From Promethearchaeota archaeon (GTDB lineage Archaea; Asgardarchaeota; Lokiarchaeia; Sigyniarchaeales; SOKP01), in the NCBI GenBank assembly GCA_019894975.1, contig JAGXNO010000007.1, positions 30,270 to 94,269 on the forward strand: DNA of 64,000 bases, in the 5' to 3' direction. Made by a program: the position numbers and the translations under genes. This document shows positions 21,250 through 31,802 of this stretch, piece by piece. Within the stretch, counting starts at the first letter, position 1. Each line of letters opens with the position of its first letter. Under the pieces are notes generated by a model. The model was not told the DNA's origin, made no database searches, and saw nothing but the letters and a program-made list of their open reading frames with translations.

Positions 21250-22833
21250 ATGTCTTCTGAAAATTTAATTATTAAGGATTGGCGTACAATAGACTTTTCT
21301 TTTGGATTAATATATCCTAATGTATACAAGATTGGGATGTCATCCTACTCTATCAGACTACTTTATCATTTAATTAATACTTATGAAAATATCGCTTGTG
21401 AACGTATATTCTTACCGGAAAGGATAAAATACCCCGCATCAACTGATTTTTCTTCAGAAGGAACTCTACGTTCCATTGAAAATAAAATATTACCGCGAGA
21501 TTTCGATATACTAGGATTTTCACTCCATTTTGAAAATGATTATAAGAATGTTCTTTGGATTCTAGAGAAAGCCAAGATTCCTTTGACCTATCAGAAAAGA
21601 CAGGAATTAATGTCTGAAAGAAATGATGTGTTTCCTTTAATCATAGGCGGTGGTCCAGTAATTACTTCCAATCCTATATCATTTAGTAATATATTTGATC
21701 TTTTCTTTATTGGGGATGCTGAGCCTAATGTTGAACCATTTTTCAATTTATTTAGCGAATATAAGTTTCAGAAGATCTCCTTTCAGGAGTTTATAACTCA
21801 AGCAAAAGAAATCGATGGTATATTCATACCTTCATTAAATAATAATCCAAAGAGAGAAGTTTTAAAAAATTTAGATGATTCTCCTATTCCCATTTATCAA
21901 TTAAGCTCAAAAGTATCTAAAGACACCCCTATTTTTGAGAATAACTTTTTTATTGAAACTAACCGAGGTTGTCCTTATCAATGTAAGTTTTGTATATCAT
22001 CGTTTCATAATTCTCCCTTTAGAAACAGAAGTTATGAAAATATTATTGAAGCTGTGGATAAAGCCATACAAAACTCAAAATTTTCTGCGATTAGTCTTAT
22101 TGGTTCCTGTGTCTCTTCACATCCCAAATTTAAACAAATCTGTGAATATATAATAGAAAAAAGAAAAAGATTAACTTTACCTTCATTACGAATTGATCAT
22201 TTAACTCCAGAAATAATTCAAATTCTTGAATCTGGTGATATTAAGACTGTTACTATAGCCCCTGAAGCAGGATCAGAAAAATTAAGGCACTCCTTAGGAA
22301 AAAATTTTACAAATGAGAAAATAATATCCGTTTTATCTCAAATTCGGGCTTCAAAGATAAAAAATGTTAAATTCTATTTTTTAATTGGATTACCTAATGA
22401 AGATGAAGAAGACATTAATGAAATCATTACATTACTAAAATCTATTGATAATTTAGGATTTAATAATAAGTCACTAAGAGTAAACATAAATCCTTTTATC
22501 CCAAAATTGAATACTCCTTATGAGAGAGAGGTAAACTTTTACTTTAAAGAAGAAATAAACAATTTTGCAAGAAAATACAAAAAGATTGAACGAGAGCTTA
22601 AGAACATACCATCTATAAAATTAAAATCTATGAACTTCAAAGCAATAATTAAAAATGCGCGTCTCCAGACAATGATTTCTTTAGGAAATATTTTGGTTTC
22701 GGATCTCCTATTGAACTATTATATAAATGGTGGTAATTTTGGGGCTCTTAAAAAAGCTGAAGGAGATCTACATTTCTCATTTGAACAATATTTATTAAAA
22801 ATTAAGGAAGGGTATAGTCCCTGGAAATTATAA
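21250..22833 (+). CDS. Radical SAM protein
   Basis: RGCPYQCKFC (CxxxCxxC), IAPEAGSE and YFLIGLP; abuts the sir2 stop codon. Confidence 0.9.
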   Translation: MSSENLIIKDWRTIDFSFGLIYPNVYKIGMSSYSIRLLYHLINTYENIACERIFLPERIKYPASTDFSSEGTLRSIENKILPRDFDILGFSLHFENDYKNVLWILEKAKIPLTYQKRQELMSERNDVFPLIIGGGPVITSNPISFSNIFDLFFIGDAEPNVEPFFNLFSEYKFQKISFQEFITQAKEIDGIFIPSLNNNPKREVLKNLDDSPIPIYQLSSKVSKDTPIFENNFFIETNRGCPYQCKFCISSFHNSPFRNRSYENIIEAVDKAIQNSKFSAISLIGSCVSSHPKFKQICEYIIEKRKRLTLPSLRIDHLTPEIIQILESGDIKTVTIAPEAGSEKLRHSLGKNFTNEKIISVLSQIRASKIKNVKFYFLIGLPNEDEEDINEIITLLKSIDNLGFNNKSLRVNINPFIPKLNTPYEREVNFYFKEEINNFARKYKKIERELKNIPSIKLKSMNFKAIIKNARLQTMISLGNILVSDLLLNYYINGGNFGALKKAEGDLHFSFEQYLLKIKEGYSPWKL

Positions 22834-22845
22834 AAAAAAAATTAG

Positions 22846-23358
22846 TTAATCAATTTTTTGAAAAACTTTTTTAACCGCCCCGCAAACTGGACATTTATCT
22901 GGTGGCTCTCCTTCATGGGTATATCCGCAGACAGGACAAATATAAATATCATTTTTCTCTAAATCTTTACCATCCTCAACAGCTTTAAGAGCACTTTCGT
23001 ATAGTTTATGATGTATTTTTTCTACTTCATTAGCATAAGTAAATGTACGATTTGCACCTTTATTTTCTTCAGCTTTAGCTTCTTCAATAAACTCAGGATA
23101 CATCTTCGTAAATTCATGATGTTCTCCTTCTACAGCAGCCTGTAAATTTTCCTTGGTTGATTTTATGCCACCAAGTACCCTTAGATGGCTATGAGCGTGA
23201 ACGGTTTCAGCAGCAGCAGCAGCTCTGAAGAGTTTTGCCACTTGAGGAAACCCATCTTTATCTGCTTTTTCTGCAAAAGCTAAATATTTACGATTTGCTT
23301 GGGATTCACCCGCAAATGCAGCCATTAAATTTTCTTCTGATTTTGTCATTTCCTTCAC
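22846..23358 (-). CDS. rbr: Rubrerythrin
   Basis: AFAGESQA, ExxH di-iron motifs and C-terminal CPVCG..CPVCG; likely true start is the ATG at 23349. Confidence 0.95.
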   Translation of the reverse strand: MKEMTKSEENLMAAFAGESQANRKYLAFAEKADKDGFPQVAKLFRAAAAAETVHAHSHLRVLGGIKSTKENLQAAVEGEHHEFTKMYPEFIEEAKAEENKGANRTFTYANEVEKIHHKLYESALKAVEDGKDLEKNDIYICPVCGYTHEGEPPDKCPVCGAVKKVFQKID

Positions 23359-23519
23359 ATTTATGAGATAAAATTTAATTCTAAATTATATTAATAGATT
23401 TTTTAATTTGGCTTTTATAATTAATAAATTGATCTCTAATATTTAGAATTCTTCTCTGAAAGAAATATTACGATATTTAAAAATGCATGGTTATTTCGGA
23501 TGGTAGTTTTTATCCTACA

Positions 23520-24320
23520 TTAATCTGCTACTGTGGTTTTAATTTTATTCACAACCTTAGTCAAATAATGTTCAGCCAATCCAAATTTTATATTTGAACC
23601 AAAAACTAGAATAATAAAATAAGTATCAAGCACATACTCCGAAAAAATAAATTTTTCGTCTTTGAATGTATAAAAAAGCTTTAAAATTGAATTATTATAT
23701 ATTTTCACACGAAAATCAACTTCTTTTAAGAATTTCTTTAAATCCAAATTATTATAAGAAGAATATATTGCTTTTCCCCTGTCAGTTAATAGAATTATTC
23801 CATCAATATCATCTTTGGAGATTAGTTCCTTCAGATAAGCAACAACTTCCATCTCTTTTTGCGTTCCAAATTCATGGCTCAACGCAATAGTTATAACTTC
23901 CTCTATTGCTTCATTTAATTCTGGGTCATATATTATTTCGGCATTTATATTAACATTTTTCTTAATAAGATAAGAGGTAATCCTTTGGTGTATTTTTAAG
24001 ATAATATCCTCTAATATTGTCATATTTTCAACCATGTCACATAAAATTCCATAATATAACGAATTCTTTTCAAAAATTACTATTTTGACATCTTCCATTT
24101 CTATAATCTTAAACTTCTTTCCAATCATCTCCTTTGCAAATGACATAAGAGCAGATATAAAAGGGGAAATTAAATTTTTCTCAACTTTAATATAATCCGT
24201 AAAATTTCGACCATAAAAACAAATACCAGATTTATTAAAAACAAACAGATTATGTATTAATGAACATTCAGTATGTTTCTTTATTTTAGAGGGAAATGCG
24301 GCTTGATCTTGTATAATCAT
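23520..24320 (-). CDS. Longin-like plus roadblock/profilin-like domain protein
   Basis: IHNLFVFNKSGICFYGRNF..LISPFISALMSFAKE is longin-like; second domain begins IDGIILLTDRGKAIYS. Confidence 0.6.
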   Translation of the reverse strand: MIIQDQAAFPSKIKKHTECSLIHNLFVFNKSGICFYGRNFTDYIKVEKNLISPFISALMSFAKEMIGKKFKIIEMEDVKIVIFEKNSLYYGILCDMVENMTILEDIILKIHQRITSYLIKKNVNINAEIIYDPELNEAIEEVITIALSHEFGTQKEMEVVAYLKELISKDDIDGIILLTDRGKAIYSSYNNLDLKKFLKEVDFRVKIYNNSILKLFYTFKDEKFIFSEYVLDTYFIILVFGSNIKFGLAEHYLTKVVNKIKTTVAD

Positions 24321-24887
24321 ATAGATGTTTTAAATCTAGACTATAAAAAGGACATAGTTTTACCCAAAAATATTCTTAGGGAAAGTCAGAGATTATCCTT
24401 AACAATTTAGGATTGAACACTCGTAAAATCAAGCTTAATAGGTTGTGTTTGAACACAATTCTTACATTTATGATTTAAATAATCTAATTAATTTTCAATT
24501 TATTTCAAATAATATACAAATTCACTTCAATTATATAATTCTCATATTTATCGTAAATATTTGAGATCTTATACTAAGAAAGAATATAGAAAAATTGCTC
24601 TACACCATTATATTCCTAATTTCTACGAAGAAAAGTAGCTTTTAACCGAAAACTACTCTCTTATAGTTTAGACATTTTATGATCTCATTGAGAATTAGAA
24701 AATAATGCTGATTTTATGATTAATTTATAAACCCGTCCCAGATTTTATAGATTATCGAAATTACAAATTTTGTATTTAGAGCATTGTTATTCATCGTTTA
24801 AGATGATCAGATCTTAAAGTTTAAAAATAAGAACGATAGATTAATATTTAAAATAGAATTTTTTTAAAACAGTTTTAAACTAATAAT

Positions 24888-24893
24888 AGGAGG
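24888..24893 (+). promoter_or_regulatory. Shine-Dalgarno sequence of the histone gene
   Basis: AGGAGG 9 nt upstream of the ATG at 24903. Confidence 0.75.
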
Positions 24894-24902
24894 AATAATA
24901 AA

Positions 24903-25100
24903 ATGGCTAAAAAAGCAGCAGTAGAGGCTCTTTTTGTAAAAAGTAAAGTTCGAGAGTATATCAAGGGTAAAGGATGCAATACAAGCGGCGACCTTATAGA
25001 CGGTCCAGCACTTAACGATGCTATCATTGATGTCCTTGATAAAGCGATCGGAAGAGCCAAAGCTAATAATAGGAAAACCGTTCAAGAAAAAGATTTGTAG
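24903..25100 (+). CDS. Histone-fold protein, alpha3-truncated type
   Basis: LFVKSKVREYIK helix 1, NTSGD loop and RAKANNRKTVQEKDL C-terminal histone motif; strong RBS and a downstream T-tract. Confidence 0.88.
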   Translation: MAKKAAVEALFVKSKVREYIKGKGCNTSGDLIDGPALNDAIIDVLDKAIGRAKANNRKTVQEKDL

Positions 25101-25321
25101 ATTTCTTGTCAATATTTTTAAATTTAAGTTTTTTTTTTAATCTAATTTTTTGATAATTAATAAAATTATCACAAATTTCAGAGTGTATTTAACTTTAAAT
25201 TGATAAAATTGTACTTTTTAATTTAACTACACACACAACCAAAAATAAATAAGGAATAAAAATTCCTTCCCAAATCGCCTTATACCTTGGACTCTTTCTC
25301 AAGAAAAGGAATTTAATATTC

Positions 25322-25867
25322 TTATTTTTCCTCTTTCTCTAATTTATGAGTAGATCCTTTATCAATTATAAAAAATCCAACTGAGAGTACACTTTTTAAG
25401 CGTTGCAAGCGATCTCTAAGAGTCTTTACACGATTGTATGGACCTGAAACAGCGATTATTTCTAAGCATTTTCCATATTCTAAATGAACATGCATAGTAG
25501 ATATGATTATATCAAAGAAATGATGTTGAATGTCGATCTTTAATATTTCATCTGTTTGTTGGACACTTGCATACATTGTATGAGAACTATAATCATGCTC
25601 ATGGTCAGCGGTGTGAGAAGAATCATGGGAATGATCATCTTGTTTTATATCTGGATGTTCATGAGCCATAATGATAGTTATGCACCCCACAACATTTCCA
25701 TGGCTTATAGAAATGTTTTCTTCGCTAATCATAAAAGTATGCATAGCTTTTCGAATTGCATCCGATCTTGATACGCCTAACTTATTCCTAAAAACTTCAA
25801 ATTGTTCATATAGTTTTTCAGGTAGAGAAACTGTGAATCGCTTATATTCTTCCATTTTAGCTAACAA
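25322..25867 (-). CDS. nikR: Nickel-responsive regulator NikR family with His-rich insertion
   Basis: Ribbon-helix-helix RFTVSLP..SRSDAIRKA and C-terminal QH..STMHVHL..CLE. Confidence 0.85.
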   Translation of the reverse strand: MLAKMEEYKRFTVSLPEKLYEQFEVFRNKLGVSRSDAIRKAMHTFMISEENISISHGNVVGCITIIMAHEHPDIKQDDHSHDSSHTADHEHDYSSHTMYASVQQTDEILKIDIQHHFFDIIISTMHVHLEYGKCLEIIAVSGPYNRVKTLRDRLQRLKSVLSVGFFIIDKGSTHKLEKEEK

Positions 25868-25896
25868 CTTATTTTTTTCTTAGAAAAAGGTAAAAA

Positions 25897-26634
25897 TCAT
25901 TTTCTTATAAAGATTGCGATGGGTACACTTGCTTCACGCCACTGGGCAATTTTCCCAGAATATTCAAGGTTTAACTTACTTCTACCATGATCTCCAATGA
26001 TAATCATAAGTGAATTCTTCCTCAATTGCTTATAATTACTTAAGATCCACTTGTCCGTTCGATTAATTAATTTTTCTATTAAATCTTCAGGAGTTCTCTG
26101 TTTTAATTGTTGTTGTTGTTTATGCAGGTTCTCAAAATCTAGGTAATGCATCCAAGAGAGATCATGATTATTGATAGCTTTTGCTGATTCCACCCAGGTA
26201 CTCATGTCAGAATCTTTTGGGATAGACTTAGTACCCCCATCATAACGTTCTAGGTCTTTCTTCCGACCAATAAAACAGGACGACTTTTCATTATCATTCA
26301 GGTATTTCAAGAGATGAAATCCATTAGGCTCCACATCAAAACCACCATATATTAATTGATGTAAAACACCGAGAGTATAAGGATTTCTCGTACTCAGTAA
26401 TAACATCACTTCAGAATTACTAATCATGAACTGAGGCTTCATATAGGTTATTTCGAAGAGCCCCATGTTGTCAATTAAATTGATGCTAATTCTTTCTATA
26501 TTTCCATATAGATCTAGAACATCTTGAATGGGATTAGGAAGTATTTTTTGAGGTGGATCAACTTTTAAAATTTTTAAAATTGTTGCTGGTAGTTGGTTCA
26601 TGTAACATTTTAATGTTTGGAGTTCTGAGCTCAT
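25897..26634 (-). CDS. Degenerate alkaline-phosphatase-superfamily protein
   Basis: LPATIL, LIDNMG, IIGDHG and VPIAIF motifs. Confidence 0.55.
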   Translation of the reverse strand: MSSELQTLKCYMNQLPATILKILKVDPPQKILPNPIQDVLDLYGNIERISINLIDNMGLFEITYMKPQFMISNSEVMLLLSTRNPYTLGVLHQLIYGGFDVEPNGFHLLKYLNDNEKSSCFIGRKKDLERYDGGTKSIPKDSDMSTWVESAKAINNHDLSWMHYLDFENLHKQQQQLKQRTPEDLIEKLINRTDKWILSNYKQLRKNSLMIIIGDHGRSKLNLEYSGKIAQWREASVPIAIFIRK

Positions 26635-26773
26635 ATCTGTGTCCTATATTTGAATATCGATTTAATTATAATAATTTACAATATTAATAAATAGATAATA
26701 TACTTATAAAATTGTTATCACTTTAATTCTCGCCATTTGTATCAACTGGATTAGAACAGAAAAAATAAAAAAA

Positions 26774-27235
26774 TTAATCGTTGATTATAGATTTGTCTTT
26801 AATCTTTCTTATAATAATTATAAAATATCCAGCCGGAACTGATATGATAAAACCCCATAGAGGAGATTTAAAGATTAGTAATATACTACCAATAGGGTAA
26901 AGAATTCGAGATGAGAATTTTATTATACGATTTGTTAGTGATTTCCGTCTAGCTATCTGAATCGAATACTGTACAATTGATGGGAGCCAACATATTAAGA
27001 AAAAGATCAAAACTGATGGGAAGCTAATGAAATTTACAATATAATTATAAAATAAATTACCGACTGTCAGAGCAATGATAGTTCCTAATACAAATGCAAA
27101 GCACCCTATACAAATGGCATACTTAAATATATAAAAAACATGATCATCAAAATCTTCGCGATTTGGATTGTGATACGCTAGCCAATTTACTATAACTTTT
27201 TCATCTTTTAAATTGATCTCTTTATGGCTAGGCAT
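26774..27235 (-). CDS. Membrane protein (possibly DUF2085-like)
   Basis: H..H..CIGC motif followed by 3-4 TM helices. Confidence 0.5.
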   Translation of the reverse strand: MPSHKEINLKDEKVIVNWLAYHNPNREDFDDHVFYIFKYAICIGCFAFVLGTIIALTVGNLFYNYIVNFISFPSVLIFFLICWLPSIVQYSIQIARRKSLTNRIIKFSSRILYPIGSILLIFKSPLWGFIISVPAGYFIIIIRKIKDKSIIND

Positions 27236-27281
27236 TTTCTTACTTTATTCATAAAAATAAAATTAAATATATTTTTTTAGT

Positions 27282-27782
27282 CTAAAATCTAACAATCACA
27301 ATCACCACATCCATCACAAACTGCAGCAATTTAGTAGGTGATGTCCACATTTCGCGTTCTTGTGGTCTTGTTTTTGGTTCAACAAGTTCTCTAGTCTCTA
27401 CTTTAACTTTAATTGGAAAGACAATCGGTTCACCAGTGTCAGATCTTAAATCTACGGTTAAATTAAAATCACCGAGTTCCTCAGGCAATATCGTAAAGAA
27501 AACATTTTTTGTTTGATTCCTCCCGATTACTCGAATTTTTTTAGATGATATCAACATAGTAAATTCAGGTGGACCATAAAGGCGTAGATCTACATTGTAT
27601 ATAGGTAAATTTGAATTATTTTGAAGTATTACGTGAAATCTTGCACGTACGTTTGGGAGAAGGACCAAAGTATCAACACCACCACTAAGAGAAATAGAAA
27701 AGCCTTCCTTTCGTCCATCACTACAAAATGGGCAATATTTTGCCTTGTTAGGTATTTCTGAACCACATTTAGGACAAAACAT
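27282..27782 (-). CDS. Zinc-ribbon plus Ig-like domain protein
   Basis: MFCPKCG..YCPFC, then a CARDB-like beta domain and a hydrophobic C-terminus. Confidence 0.65.
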   Translation of the reverse strand: MFCPKCGSEIPNKAKYCPFCSDGRKEGFSISLSGGVDTLVLLPNVRARFHVILQNNSNLPIYNVDLRLYGPPEFTMLISSKKIRVIGRNQTKNVFFTILPEELGDFNLTVDLRSDTGEPIVFPIKVKVETRELVEPKTRPQEREMWTSPTKLLQFVMDVVIVIVRF

Positions 27783-27936
27783 TTGAATAATCTACTTATT
27801 TTGAATTCCATTTAATTATAATAAATTATAAAATAAGGGAAGTAACCTTTTGTTATAAATATGTTTTAATACAACTATGAATGATTTTTAATTCATTGTT
27901 ATTAATATTATCGCAAAAATTGATAAGAAGAGTAAA

Positions 27937-29214
27937 ATGAAAATATTATATCTCGAACTGCATAACTCTGGCATCTCTGGAGATATGCTTCTAGCATCTC
28001 TTTTGGGGATAGTTCCTGAACCAGAATTAGTTTTAGAAGAATTATGTAAATTAAAAGACTATTTATCAGGAGTATCTCAATTAAATATACGTTTAATAAA
28101 ATTACCCCGATCAGGAATTCAACTGAATCAATTACATATTGAAATTAAAGAGAATAGAGATCATAGATCTGCAGAAACACTTGTAAATTCACTAAATAAA
28201 TATTTGAATGATAATTCTTTTTCTAATTCAGCTCAAAGGTTTGCTAATGATGTTTTAAACTCTTTAATTCAAGCAGAAGCAGAAGTACATGGTAAATTAG
28301 CTAGTAAAGTCCATTTACACGAGCTCAGTTCAATTGATACTTTAATAGATATTCTTGGTGTAACTAGTGTTCTAGATAAACTTAATGCTTTTGATAAAGA
28401 GTTTAAGTTTTATTGCAGTAAAATTCCTTTGGGAGGGGGAACAATTAAAACTGCTCACGGAATTCTATCTGTTCCCGCTCCAGCTACTTTAAAGATTTTA
28501 GAAAGGTCTAATCTAATTACTTTTGGTGGACCAATAGAATCTGAATTAGTAACTCCTACGGGAATTGCTCTACTGGCAAATTTGAAACCTGAATTTCTAG
28601 AATTCCCTCCTGAAATGACGATTAAACAATCTGTCTATAGCACTGGCCAGAAAAAATTTAAAGAGTTTCAGAATATCTTACGGTTATTTTATGGTGAGTA
28701 CAGTGAAATTAAACCTTATAATTCAACTCACCCATTGAGAAAATATGTTGAAAAAGTATCGATTTTAGAAACTAATGTAGATGATGTTTCAGGAGAAATA
28801 ATTGGTAATTTTTTCAACGAATTTAATAACGAAAAAGTCTTGGATTTGCAAGTAATCCCAAGCTTTTCAAAAAAAAATCGACCTAGTTATGCCATTAAAG
28901 TATTGTGCTATCCAAAAGATACGTTTGAATTAATTGAAAAAATGATACATGAGTTAGGTACTCTAGGTGTAAGATATTGTATAAACAACCGTGTATGTAT
29001 AGATAGAATTATTGAAAAGAAAGTTATTGAAATTGAAAGTAAAGAATATGAAGTAAATTTTAAGATTTCCTATATTAGCTTAGAAAACGGAAAAGAAATT
29101 GTAAATATTAAACCAGAGTATGAGGATATTAAAAAAATTAGTGAAAAATCAGGAATTCCCGCAAGAAGGATTCAATTCATACTAAATGCTAAGCTAAATG
29201 AACTTTATTATTGA
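27937..29214 (+). CDS. larC: Nickel pincer cofactor biosynthesis protein LarC
   Basis: SGISGDM, AEAEVHG..VHLHE, HG..VPAPAT, ELVTPTG, LETNVDD and KPEYED. Confidence 0.95.
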   Translation: MKILYLELHNSGISGDMLLASLLGIVPEPELVLEELCKLKDYLSGVSQLNIRLIKLPRSGIQLNQLHIEIKENRDHRSAETLVNSLNKYLNDNSFSNSAQRFANDVLNSLIQAEAEVHGKLASKVHLHELSSIDTLIDILGVTSVLDKLNAFDKEFKFYCSKIPLGGGTIKTAHGILSVPAPATLKILERSNLITFGGPIESELVTPTGIALLANLKPEFLEFPPEMTIKQSVYSTGQKKFKEFQNILRLFYGEYSEIKPYNSTHPLRKYVEKVSILETNVDDVSGEIIGNFFNEFNNEKVLDLQVIPSFSKKNRPSYAIKVLCYPKDTFELIEKMIHELGTLGVRYCINNRVCIDRIIEKKVIEIESKEYEVNFKISYISLENGKEIVNIKPEYEDIKKISEKSGIPARRIQFILNAKLNELYY

Positions 29215-29288
29215 TGGAATTTAGTTGTTCGGATATATAAAAAGAGAAAAAAAATTGGTTGTTAAATAAATTGTGACTCAATCCTACA

Positions 29289-29861
29289 TTAATACTTATC
29301 TACGTTAAACTTGTGTAATAGGTACTCATCTTCAACCATTTCTTTGATAAATTCTTTTAACCGATTGATTTCCTTTGTAATGTCTTTTACTTTTTTTAGT
29401 TTTCCTAAATCTTGAAAAATTTCTGAGGCTTCTTGAAAAGTCTCCACAGTGCTGTCATAGTTCCCAGAAACTTCAAGATCTTCAGCTAAAAATACTAACC
29501 CTTCAGCAGTCTCAACTTTTTTACCTAATTTCTTTTGAATCTTTAGTGATTGATAATGACATTTCATACTTTCAGTGTGATTTTTGAATATAGAATAAGT
29601 TCTTCCTAATGCTCTCAACACTAAAGCTTCTTGCTCGGGGAAGCTATTTTCTCTACAATATTCTAAAATAGCCTCTAAAAAGTTGATGTAATCTGATTTG
29701 TTTGTGATTTTTGTCCGATCCAGCCTTTCAATTGCCTTTTCATAGTGATCTATGGTGTTATCGAGATCTTTATCTTCAAAAAATTTCTTAGATTTCTCGA
29801 ATAGTTCTTGATGATCAATAGATGTGACCATAGGGGTCTCAACTAATCTTTTGTTCTTCAC
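29289..29861 (-). CDS. Tetratricopeptide-repeat protein
   Basis: Helical TPR-like repeats (EALVLRALGRTY..YQSLKI; FQEASEIFQDLG). Confidence 0.75.
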   Translation of the reverse strand: MKNKRLVETPMVTSIDHQELFEKSKKFFEDKDLDNTIDHYEKAIERLDRTKITNKSDYINFLEAILEYCRENSFPEQEALVLRALGRTYSIFKNHTESMKCHYQSLKIQKKLGKKVETAEGLVFLAEDLEVSGNYDSTVETFQEASEIFQDLGKLKKVKDITKEINRLKEFIKEMVEDEYLLHKFNVDKY

Positions 29862-30027
29862 GAATTTTAGTTTTTATTTAGATAAAAATAAGTTCAATAT
29901 TTATTATATTAATTTTAATATAAATACTTATCTAGGTTAAATTTTATAACTAAAAATATTGAAAAGGGGTAAATATTTGGAATTTGTCCAATGGAGAATG
30001 GAAAATTCGAAAAAAAAAAATGAAAAA

Positions 30028-30690
30028 TTAAAAATTAATTATTCCCGCTACACCTAGTGGTAAGAAGATAATTAGTAAACCAATCCCTATACCATATATT
30101 ATCCCAACTACTCGAACTTTAGATTTTCTATCGGGTAAGTCATATACATAAAATGCTCCAACAAAGAAATGAAAATACCCCATTAAAAAAATCAGAACTG
30201 GATTATACCAATGCCACCAAACATATTCCCAGATTAAATAATCTCCTCGATTCAATAAGATTTCAACAAAAACAGAAAAAATTGTGAAACCAATTGCCAT
30301 CGCCCAGCGATTTGGTAAACCTAGAATTTTTTTACTTTTATCCTCGGGTAAAAACTTTGCAAATACAATCCCTGCAATAGAGAACATAAAAGCAATTTCT
30401 ATATTCCAGCCAATTAGGATTATATAGGCACTCGCACCAGGTGTCGTCCAGAAAGCAGAATGATCAGAAAAAGCAAAAATCAAACCATTCCAGATTTCAT
30501 TTATCAGATCTAAACCAAATAGAGTTAATCCCGCAAATATTGTGCTCCAATTTCCTGTATCTCTTGCACTTTTGATCTCCACTCCATAGATATATAAGAC
30601 AAGTACAAGAAAGAGGACCACATACCAACCAAATTCAGGATTTAACTCTCGAAGTTTAGATAATGCTTCAAGTGAAGCTGCAGTTGCCAT
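30028..30690 (-). CDS. Integral membrane protein of unknown function
   Basis: About six TM segments; long ORF with normal codon usage. Confidence 0.7.
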   Translation of the reverse strand: MATAASLEALSKLRELNPEFGWYVVLFLVLVLYIYGVEIKSARDTGNWSTIFAGLTLFGLDLINEIWNGLIFAFSDHSAFWTTPGASAYIILIGWNIEIAFMFSIAGIVFAKFLPEDKSKKILGLPNRWAMAIGFTIFSVFVEILLNRGDYLIWEYVWWHWYNPVLIFLMGYFHFFVGAFYVYDLPDRKSKVRVVGIIYGIGIGLLIIFLPLGVAGIINF

Positions 30691-30841
30691 CTATTTCACT
30701 CAGATTTATTAGTAGTATTTTTTAATTAAATATGTGAAAATTAAACGTAAATCCTTATATAATTTTACTAATAAATTTTGGACTAAAAGGAGATGACTAA
30801 GGTCTCTTGAATTTTAAACTATCCGTAGAATTAGCAGGTAA

Positions 30842-31621
30842 TTATTCTGCTATTTTATTTGAAATTATAGCTGCAGAAGCACCCGCACCGAATCCATTAT
30901 CAATATTTACTACTAATAAACCAGGAGAGCATGATTGTAGCATAGTAATCAGTGCCCCCTTTCCCTTTTCTCCCATGCCATATCCACTTGATATTGGAAC
31001 ACCTATAACTGGAACATCGACAAGAGCAGCAACCAATCCAGGTAGAGTCCCTTCCATCCCTGCGCATACAATTATTACATGTACTCCCCGTTTTATCATT
31101 TCACTCAAGGGTGAAAATATGCGGTGGATGCCTGCAATACCTACGTCATAAGTAGTAATAACCTTGCATCCCATAACTTTAGCTATAACTTCAGCTTCAA
31201 CAGCTATTGGTATATCTGAGCTTCCAGCAGTAATAATGCCTACGATCCCTTTCATCACGGGAAATTCATAAGATTTTTCTTTAATCACTAAAATCTTTCC
31301 AAGTTCACTAATATCTATTATATAATCTTCAGATTTCCCAAAAGTTTTATCAAGAAGGATCTTTTGGGCTTCATTGTATCGAGAGATTATAGCATATTGT
31401 TTACTCTGTAAGAACTTTCTAGTGATTTCAAGTACCATTTGGGTATCTTTATTTGGAGCGAATATGACTTCTGGCGTCCCCGTTCTTGTTCTACGGAAAA
31501 TGTCCAACTTTGCTAAATCCCCTACTTCTTCTATATGATTAGCTCTAAGTAACTTTTCAGCTTCTTCTATAGAGATTTTTTTTTCAAGTAATTTCGTAAG
31601 AGTATCTTTAATGTTAGTCAT
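30842..31621 (-). CDS. larB: Nickel pincer cofactor biosynthesis protein LarB
   Basis: RTGTPEVIF, AGSSD, DVGIAGIHR, AGMEG, VIGVP.S.GYG and VVNIDNGFGA. Confidence 0.95.
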   Translation of the reverse strand: MTNIKDTLTKLLEKKISIEEAEKLLRANHIEEVGDLAKLDIFRRTRTGTPEVIFAPNKDTQMVLEITRKFLQSKQYAIISRYNEAQKILLDKTFGKSEDYIIDISELGKILVIKEKSYEFPVMKGIVGIITAGSSDIPIAVEAEVIAKVMGCKVITTYDVGIAGIHRIFSPLSEMIKRGVHVIIVCAGMEGTLPGLVAALVDVPVIGVPISSGYGMGEKGKGALITMLQSCSPGLLVVNIDNGFGAGASAAIISNKIAE

Positions 31622-31802
31622 AATTTATTTCAACAATTATTCATATTAAGAAAAGGTATACTATTTCGTATAATTAAGAGTCCTTCTATTTTGTATTTTT
31701 CTAAAATATGCCATCTAATTAGTTCCTAGTTTTTAAAAAAAGATAATAAGAAGTCAAAATAAATATTTCATGTTACTTTCTAAATAATAATCCTAAACTA
31801 AT

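Noticed and set aside
30770-30800. AAATTTTGGACTAA as a fifth promoter-motif copy
   Set aside because: It reads GGAC rather than GGTC and has no TATA box at the 8-nt spacing.
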